Assembly: GCA_016187025.1 (NCBI GenBank)
Contig: JACPKM010000001.1
Span: 448,055 to 512,054, forward strand
Origin: Candidatus Daviesbacteria bacterium
Lineage (GTDB): Bacteria > Patescibacteriota > Microgenomatia > Daviesbacterales > UBA10151
Length of the DNA: 64,000 nt
Reading direction: 5' to 3'
In this document: in pieces, positions 57,939 to 64,000 of the stretch
How the letters are laid out: each line of letters begins with the position of its first letter
Numbering within the stretch: position 1 is the first letter of the stretch
Notes under the pieces: generated by a model
What the model was told of the DNA's origin: nothing
The model's database searches: none
Seen by the model: only the letters and a program-made list of their open reading frames with translations
Made by a program: the position numbers and the translations under genes

Positions 57939-58714
57939 GGATTTACCAGTTTCTCTATTCTCTTTTGAAGATTTTTTTCGGGATCCTTAAAGATATTTAC
58001 CTGAAATCCAAGGTGCGATAAGAAATAAAGCGCTAAAACCTTAAAAGTTCCAATAGAATAAAGTATACTGTTTTTTAAACTTGCTCCCCTCTTTTTTCCC
58101 TGGTAGGAAGTTTCAACGGGCACCTGAGCTGTTCTTACTTTTTTATATATTGATTGGGCAATTAGTTCAAAACTGAAAAGATAGTCATTTGAGTTTTCTT
58201 CAAAATTAACCTTTTTTAACATATCTTTTGTATATACCCTAAAACCTTGATGAAAATCGTTCAGTCTCACTCCTAATACTAAACTATCAATAGAATTAAG
58301 GAGTCTTAAAGGAATTAATTTCCAGATAAACATACCATTTTTAATTGGTTGCAAAAGGCTCGTGAAGCGATTACCTAAGATGAGTTGATACCCTTCCTGA
58401 ACCTTTTTAAGAGCTGCTGGAATAGCTGAAGGGTTGTATTCCCCATCCGGATGGATATCTATTAAGATTTCCGCTCCTCTTTTTAGTGCGATTGATAGAG
58501 CTTTCTTCATATTACCACCATATCCTAGATTCACGGGATTTTTGTAGGATATAATACCTAACTTTTTTGCAAGCTCATAAGTATTATCCTTTGAAGCATC
58601 ATCTACCAAAATAATTTCATCAGCAAAATTTTTAGGAAAACTTTTGTAAAAATTCTCTAAAGTTTTTTCTGCATTATAGGCCAGAAAAAAAACAATTATT
58701 TTTGGCTTGTTCAT
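57935..58714 (-). CDS. GT2 glycosyltransferase
   Basis: The motifs are KIIVFFLAYNAEKTLENF...ILVDDASKDNT and DIHPDGEY. It is convergent with the upstream gene, with overlapping stops. Confidence 0.7.
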   Translation of the reverse strand: MNKPKIIVFFLAYNAEKTLENFYKSFPKNFADEIILVDDASKDNTYELAKKLGIISYKNPVNLGYGGNMKKALSIALKRGAEILIDIHPDGEYNPSAIPAALKKVQEGYQLILGNRFTSLLQPIKNGMFIWKLIPLRLLNSIDSLVLGVRLNDFHQGFRVYTKDMLKKVNFEENSNDYLFSFELIAQSIYKKVRTAQVPVETSYQGKKRGASLKNSILYSIGTFKVLALYFLSHLGFQVNIFKDPEKNLQKRIEKLVNP

Positions 58715-58765
58715 AACATACTATTTTCTTTTTAGTTTACATACATTATACTAATTTTTAGCTCT

Positions 58766-59794
58766 ATGGGAAATGACAAAGTTTTACATGGCCGGAAAAA
58801 AGGATTTTTGAAAGATAGCTCAATTTATCGTCCGTCTGATTTTTGGATTAAATTAAATGACATTCATCAGAAACAGTTAATGTTAGCTGGATTCAAAAAT
58901 TTTAAACGCTCAATTAATATGAAATATTTTAATTGGAGTACTTTGGGAATACTAGCTCACCAAGGACATCTAATTATTAATCAAATTAAAAGGGGTAACT
59001 GGCAGCCAATATTCAAAAGTAATTTTTTTAACTATAAAAGTAAATCTCGTTCAGCAGTATATAGGTTTAATCCTATTTCAGCCTTTATTTATAAAACCTT
59101 TGTAGCAGCTTATATGGATTATCTGCAGGGAGTGGATAAACAGAATATATTCAAAAAAATTAGTGAACCAAAAATCGGTAATCCATTCCTAATATCTTAT
59201 AGAGACAAGAAAATCTCTCAAGATTTATGTAATTCGGTTCATGAGTTTTACAGCATTACTAACCCGCTTGAGAAAACAAAGAAATTGAGAATTCTAGAAA
59301 TAGGAGCTGGTTATGGAAGGCTTGGCTATATTTTCCTAAATCAACTACGAGATTGTTCGTATTGTATAATTGATATTCCACCCGCCCTATTTGTTGCTCA
59401 AAAATATCTTACCAAAGTTTTTCCTAGGGAAAAATTTTTTCACTTCCGGTCCTTTAATTCATTTAAAAAAGTAAAAAAAGAGTTTGAGTCAGCGCGAATA
59501 AGTTTTCTTAATGCTGATCGGATAGAATTATTACCCGATAATTATTTTGATTTGGTGATTAACGTTAGTTCTTTACATGAAATGACTAGAGAGCAAATTA
59601 ATAATTATTTTAGACAGATTAATCGTATTTGTCGTGGATATTTTTACACTAAACAATGGCGAAAATCCAGAACCTCTGATAACAACTATATATCTGAAGG
59701 GGATTATCCCCGTCATGCTCGTTGGAATACAATTTTTCAGCGTCAACACCCAATACAGAAAATGTTCTTCGAAGCATTATACAAAATTCTTTAA
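58766..59794 (+). CDS. Putative sugar O-methyltransferase (class I SAM-dependent)
   Basis: The SAM motif I is LRILEIGAGYGRLGYIF. The size and context resemble the putative sugar O-MTases found in glycan loci. The start is ambiguous. Confidence 0.45.
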   Translation: MGNDKVLHGRKKGFLKDSSIYRPSDFWIKLNDIHQKQLMLAGFKNFKRSINMKYFNWSTLGILAHQGHLIINQIKRGNWQPIFKSNFFNYKSKSRSAVYRFNPISAFIYKTFVAAYMDYLQGVDKQNIFKKISEPKIGNPFLISYRDKKISQDLCNSVHEFYSITNPLEKTKKLRILEIGAGYGRLGYIFLNQLRDCSYCIIDIPPALFVAQKYLTKVFPREKFFHFRSFNSFKKVKKEFESARISFLNADRIELLPDNYFDLVINVSSLHEMTREQINNYFRQINRICRGYFYTKQWRKSRTSDNNYISEGDYPRHARWNTIFQRQHPIQKMFFEALYKIL

Positions 59795-61719
59795 TGCAAA
59801 ATCATTACTTTAGTAAATTGAGAGTAAATCTTAGTAACCTCGAATCTTTTTTTATTGGAAGAAATTCATTGCAATTATTTTTGATACTTATACCTATAGT
59901 CGCTCTAATTCAATTTTCACTGCTTAATATTATTTTAAAATATGGATTTACAGCAGATGAGTGGTTATTGCTTTTTGACTTTAATACAATTGGATCGAGC
60001 GGAGATTTTCTAGAGAGAGTTTTTGCTATTTTTCGAGCAAAAGGGATTTATACTAGTTATCAAGTTCTTTATATAGGTATACTTGCAGGTTTATTTAAAG
60101 ATAATTACCAAGCATATCAGCTAACAAATATTATTTTTAAAATCCTAGCTATTCTCTCTTTATTTCCTCTCATCGCAGTAGTTTTTAAAAGGAGATTGCT
60201 TGCTTTTTTGACTACCATATTTTATGCACTCAGTTACTCATCAACTGGTGCTTTACAGTTTGTAGTCAAAGGAAGTGATTATCTAGCAATTTTCTTTATG
60301 AATATCTATTTATTAACGCATTACTATTCCTTAAAGAAAAAGAGTAAATCTTTTTTATTCTTTACTGCGATTATGCTTTTTTTATCGTTTATGTTTTCAC
60401 CTATAAGAATATATCCACTCCTATTCTTTGTTGTAATATTTGAGGTTTTTGTATGGACAAGAGCTAAGGGATTTCTAGGTCTCTGGTCGGCATTCTTTAG
60501 ACTAGCTGTTATACTTTCACCTTTTATAATGCTAATGCTTTTATTACCTAAAGCCACAGGTAGCTACCTGGAGGGGCCTTTAGTAATTTATAAACTTTTA
60601 ACTTATGGTAATTACCAACTCTTATTGAGCCCTTTTGCAGGCTTAGGGTATACTTTTCTTACTAATGATTACTGGCCATTATTTGGCCAAATAATTCTTG
60701 ATTCTTTTAAGGAATACTTTTTCTTTTTGCTTCGCGGTCCTATAATTTTCTACTCAGCACTTACTGTTTTAATCGGTTTTTTAATCACTAAAAGGCCAAT
60801 TTTTTTTATTCTGGGGGTTATTTTGGCAAATGTAATTTTTGAAATAACCTGTTACTTTTTAATAAATAACGTAAGATTATCTAGTGGACCAAATATCAAG
60901 GGTTTTTATTTAACCACTATCTATGCAATCTTTTTTGGATTTTTCTGTTTATCCATTGGATTTGCAAGTTTGATTGTATGGTTAAAGCACAAGCAAAATA
61001 TCTTACTCCTGTCCCTTTTAGCAGGGCCATTTTTTTCTAGCATATTTCTATGGGGAACCTGGCTTATTATTGGAGATTCCCTAACCTTTAAAGAGGGAAT
61101 ACATTGGTATTTGATAATTCCACCAATAGGCAGTAGCTTATTTTTAGCAAGCCTAATGGTATTAGGATTCGATAGGATTAAGAAAGTTACTAACTCGTAC
61201 TTAAAATGGGTTTTAATAACATTTTTATTTTTAACCTTACTGCCCATGTATCAAATGGGCAGTAAAGAGATTAGTACAACATTTTCATACTTACTAAGTA
61301 TAGGTTATGGAGCTTCAGATCAGGAGCTAATGAAAGGTCAAGTGGAAGGATTTATCAAAGAACCTTTCGAGGGGAAACCAGCATTATTCTATTTAGATAC
61401 TTCTGAAAACAACTCAGTAGACCCTTTATTTTATCCGGTAACATTAATTTCCGGATTTGATAAAAAGATGCATTTTAGAAATTGGGACATAGTAAAAGGT
61501 TGCATTGGTTTAATACTCGATAAGACTATTCTTGAAAAATCAATGGTAATGGAAGAGGGTGTTAAAGGATTCAAAGTTAGGAGTTTATGTATAGAAGACA
61601 ATTTTTTTACAAGTAATGATGAAATATTTTACAAACTGGAGAATTTTTATGCCCTTAAGTTTATAGGTAAGGACGTGTCCGATAATACAAAGAGAGTGCT
61701 TGACGATCTCAAATATTAA
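59794..61719 (+). CDS. GT-C-like polytopic membrane protein, tandem paralog A ('[DE][DE]W' loop motif family). The likely start is ATG 59794 (TAATG overlap).
   Basis: About 14 TM helices are followed by a C-terminal soluble domain of about 150 aa. It shares long identical peptide stretches with ORF 61753 (YQLTNI.FKILA.LSLFPLI.VVFKR.LLAFLTT..Y..SYSSTGALQFVVKG.DYLAIFFMNI). Confidence 0.5.
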   Translation: MQNHYFSKLRVNLSNLESFFIGRNSLQLFLILIPIVALIQFSLLNIILKYGFTADEWLLLFDFNTIGSSGDFLERVFAIFRAKGIYTSYQVLYIGILAGLFKDNYQAYQLTNIIFKILAILSLFPLIAVVFKRRLLAFLTTIFYALSYSSTGALQFVVKGSDYLAIFFMNIYLLTHYYSLKKKSKSFLFFTAIMLFLSFMFSPIRIYPLLFFVVIFEVFVWTRAKGFLGLWSAFFRLAVILSPFIMLMLLLPKATGSYLEGPLVIYKLLTYGNYQLLLSPFAGLGYTFLTNDYWPLFGQIILDSFKEYFFFLLRGPIIFYSALTVLIGFLITKRPIFFILGVILANVIFEITCYFLINNVRLSSGPNIKGFYLTTIYAIFFGFFCLSIGFASLIVWLKHKQNILLLSLLAGPFFSSIFLWGTWLIIGDSLTFKEGIHWYLIIPPIGSSLFLASLMVLGFDRIKKVTNSYLKWVLITFLFLTLLPMYQMGSKEISTTFSYLLSIGYGASDQELMKGQVEGFIKEPFEGKPALFYLDTSENNSVDPLFYPVTLISGFDKKMHFRNWDIVKGCIGLILDKTILEKSMVMEEGVKGFKVRSLCIEDNFFTSNDEIFYKLENFYALKFIGKDVSDNTKRVLDDLKY

Positions 61720-61752
61720 TCAGATAATCTATCAATCTAAATAGGCTAAATA

Positions 61753-63663
61753 ATGCGAGCAAGTTTTACCAAGGCTAAGGATTCTCTTTTCAATAGTTCT
61801 AAGATACTATTTATTGCCACTAGTATTCTGATATGTATCTCACAGTTCTTACTTCTAAAAATAGTTCTTAACTTCGGGCTTTCGTCGGAAGACTGGCTAC
61901 TAGTATTTGATTACAAAACAATTGGAGGGGATAGAAGTTTCTTAGATAAGCTTTCTACTATTTTTATTACAGAAGGTATTTATTCGACAACCTTTATTTT
62001 TTACATAGGTATACTTGAAAGTTTCCTAAAAGATAATTTTTTGGCTTACCAATTGACAAATATAACCTTTAAGATACTGGCTACTCTTTCCTTATTCCCC
62101 CTTATTTTAATAGTCTTTAAAAGGAAGTTACTGGCTTTTTTAACAACTTTTCTTTATGGCATCAGTTATTCCTCAACTGGAGCATTGCAGTTTGTGGTTA
62201 AGGGTACAGATTATCTGGCAATTTTTTTTATGAATATTTGTTTAATAATGTATTATTTTTCCTTTAATACAAATAGGAATCTTTTTCTCTTGTTTACTTC
62301 TGTATTGCTGTTTTTAGCTTTTATCTTCTCTCCTATCAGAATATATCCGTTTTTATTATTTATTTTTCTCTTTGAAGTGATTTTTTGGTTCGAATCTAAA
62401 GGTTTTTTTGGTTTAATAAAAGTATTTTTTAGATTAGTTATCATATTCTCTCCTTTTATATTACTTTTAGTTTTACTCCCTAAATCTACAGGAAGTTATC
62501 TTAATGGACCATTAGTAGTATACAGTCTTTTATCTTATGGAAATTACCAGCTGTTGCTTACTCCATTTTCAGGCTTAGGCTATGCGATTTTGCCTAATGA
62601 CTACTGGTCAATATTCGGTAAATTAACCCTTGATAATTTTAAGGACTATATGTCCTTCTTAATTTCAGGACCAATAATTATTTATTCAGCTTTAACTATT
62701 TTACTTGGTTTTTTGATTTCTAAAGGTAAAGCAGCATATTGGTTTATTCTGGGAGTGATAGCCACTAATATAGTTTTTGAGATTATCTGTTACTTTTTAA
62801 TAACTAATGTAAGGGGAGGCGATGGACCTAATATAAAGGGATTTTATCATATCAGCACCTATGCCATATTTCTTGGCTTTTATGTAGTATCTGTTGCTAT
62901 ATCAAGTCTGATTCTATGGTTTAAAAACAAATTTAATATTTTACTCTTTGCTCTTTTTATCGGCCCCATTTTCTCCAGTATATTTTTGTGGGGTACATGG
63001 ATAATTATTGGTGACAATCTATCCTTCAAAGAAGGCATACACTGGTATTTAATAATACCACCAATTGGTACCAGTATATTTTTGGCTAGTTTAATGACAC
63101 TTGGTTTTGATAGGATCAAGAGAATCGTAAATCCAAACTTAAGAACGACTTTAATAACTGGTTTATTTTTAATAATAGTGCCTATCTATTTGATAAGTAG
63201 TAAAGAAATTAATACTACATTTACTAATTTACTAAATATAGGTTATGGGGCATCCGATATAAATGGTATGAAAAGTAAAATATTTAAGTACCTTATAAAC
63301 CCTGCTGATCAAAAAAATGCACTTTTTTATTTTGATGCCAGCGATGATTTAACCACGCCCCAACTTTTTTATCCTGTAACTGTCATGTCTGGCTTTGAGC
63401 AAAAAATGCATATTTATAATGGGAGAATTATCGATGGTTGTGTGGGTATTATAACCGAAAAAGCCATCCTTCAAAAATCAATAACTATGAAGTATGGAGT
63501 TAAAGGATTTAATTCTAACAGTCTATGTGTGGAAGATTCTTACGCTACCGGGATGCAACAGGTATTTTATTCCTCAGATGAATTTTACAGCTTTAAATTG
63601 AAGGATAAAAATGTAATAGATGTTAAGGAAAATGTACTTAAAGAATTAGGATTTGACAATTAA
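61753..63663 (+). CDS. GT-C-like polytopic membrane protein, tandem paralog B
   Basis: The protein is 636 aa with the same architecture and motifs as paralog A (LSSEDWLLVFDYKTIGG). Confidence 0.5.
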   Translation: MRASFTKAKDSLFNSSKILFIATSILICISQFLLLKIVLNFGLSSEDWLLVFDYKTIGGDRSFLDKLSTIFITEGIYSTTFIFYIGILESFLKDNFLAYQLTNITFKILATLSLFPLILIVFKRKLLAFLTTFLYGISYSSTGALQFVVKGTDYLAIFFMNICLIMYYFSFNTNRNLFLLFTSVLLFLAFIFSPIRIYPFLLFIFLFEVIFWFESKGFFGLIKVFFRLVIIFSPFILLLVLLPKSTGSYLNGPLVVYSLLSYGNYQLLLTPFSGLGYAILPNDYWSIFGKLTLDNFKDYMSFLISGPIIIYSALTILLGFLISKGKAAYWFILGVIATNIVFEIICYFLITNVRGGDGPNIKGFYHISTYAIFLGFYVVSVAISSLILWFKNKFNILLFALFIGPIFSSIFLWGTWIIIGDNLSFKEGIHWYLIIPPIGTSIFLASLMTLGFDRIKRIVNPNLRTTLITGLFLIIVPIYLISSKEINTTFTNLLNIGYGASDINGMKSKIFKYLINPADQKNALFYFDASDDLTTPQLFYPVTVMSGFEQKMHIYNGRIIDGCVGIITEKAILQKSITMKYGVKGFNSNSLCVEDSYATGMQQVFYSSDEFYSFKLKDKNVIDVKENVLKELGFDN

Positions 63664-64000
63664 TGAAAACACTATACAAAACTAATTTACAACTTTTTCT
63701 ACTTCTTATATTAATAATTGGGGTTTCCCAGTATTTATTTTTTGGATTAGTCTTAAACTATGGATTTACTCCCGATGATTGGGGATTACTTCTCTTCTAC
63801 AAAACTTTAGGAGATAATCCTTTATCTCAAATACCATATGTTTGGTCTGTAAAAGGAGCTTATACTACTGGGCCGATATATTTTATTGGCATTCTAAATG
63901 ATTTCTTTGGTTTAAATTACCAGGCCTATCAAATAACTAATATTGTTTTAAAAACCTTAGCTACTCTTTCCTTATTCCCCCTTATTTTAATAGTCTTTAA
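63663..64000 (+). CDS. GT-C-like polytopic membrane protein, tandem paralog C. It is 3'-truncated by the window edge and is not in the ORF track.
   Basis: The ATG at 63663 overlaps the previous stop (TAATG). The translation MKTLYKTNLQLFLLLILIIGVSQYLFFGLVLNYGFTPDDWGLLLFYKTLGDNPLSQ... parallels paralogs A and B. The last 41 or more nt are identical to 62080-62120. Confidence 0.5.
   Translation, partial: MKTLYKTNLQLFLLLILIIGVSQYLFFGLVLNYGFTPDDWGLLLFYKTLGDNPLSQIPYVWSVKGAYTTGPIYFIGILNDFFGLNYQAYQITNIVLKTLATLSLFPLILIVF

Noticed and set aside
1-64000. CRISPR arrays, tRNA/rRNA genes, IS elements or prophage remnants
   Set aside because: I see no regularly spaced direct repeats, no cloverleaf-like 70-90 nt conserved segments in the few intergenic gaps, and no transposase or integrase-like ORFs. 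Every sizeable ORF has a glycan-biosynthesis or membrane-protein character.

Overview
The window is AT-rich (roughly one-third GC by eye) and almost entirely coding. About 50 genes lie on the + strand; only three are on the - strand. Many genes overlap by ATGA/TAATG-type start-stop overlaps, which suggests translational coupling. The whole 64 kb is a single giant glycan-biosynthesis island. It begins with a complete dTDP-L-rhamnose pathway (rmlA, rmlB, rmlC, rmlD) and a GDP-mannose 4,6-dehydratase. The rest is a very large set of glycosyltransferases. There are about 12 GT2 enzymes, several of them Dpm1/GtrB-like polyprenyl-phosphate-sugar synthases, and 3 GT4 enzymes. There are 2 Wzx-type flippases, a GME-like epimerase, a generic SDR, a TylCIII-like sugar C-methyltransferase and a putative sugar O-methyltransferase. 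There are about 20 polytopic GT-C-fold membrane proteins from at least five distinct families, several in tandem paralog arrays. Eight of them are GT39/GT83 (PMT/ArnT)-like and carry a loop-1 'DE' motif. I saw no rRNA, tRNA, CRISPR array or obvious mobile element. Unusual items are listed here. (a) A tri-domain fusion gene: SDR epimerase-like domain lacking the catalytic Tyr, a SAM-methyltransferase domain and a GT2 domain. (b) GT2-GtrA and GT2-GT-C fusions. (c) An HD-domain gene with an in-frame TGA. (d) A 1190-aa secreted-domain/GT-C chimera. (e) Tandem paralog arrays with perfectly identical nucleotide tracts, which points to recent duplication or gene conversion. The gene content and base composition fit a Candidate Phyla Radiation (Microgenomates-like) bacterium with an outsized lipid-carrier-dependent extracytoplasmic glycosylation system. 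That taxonomic placement is inference only.
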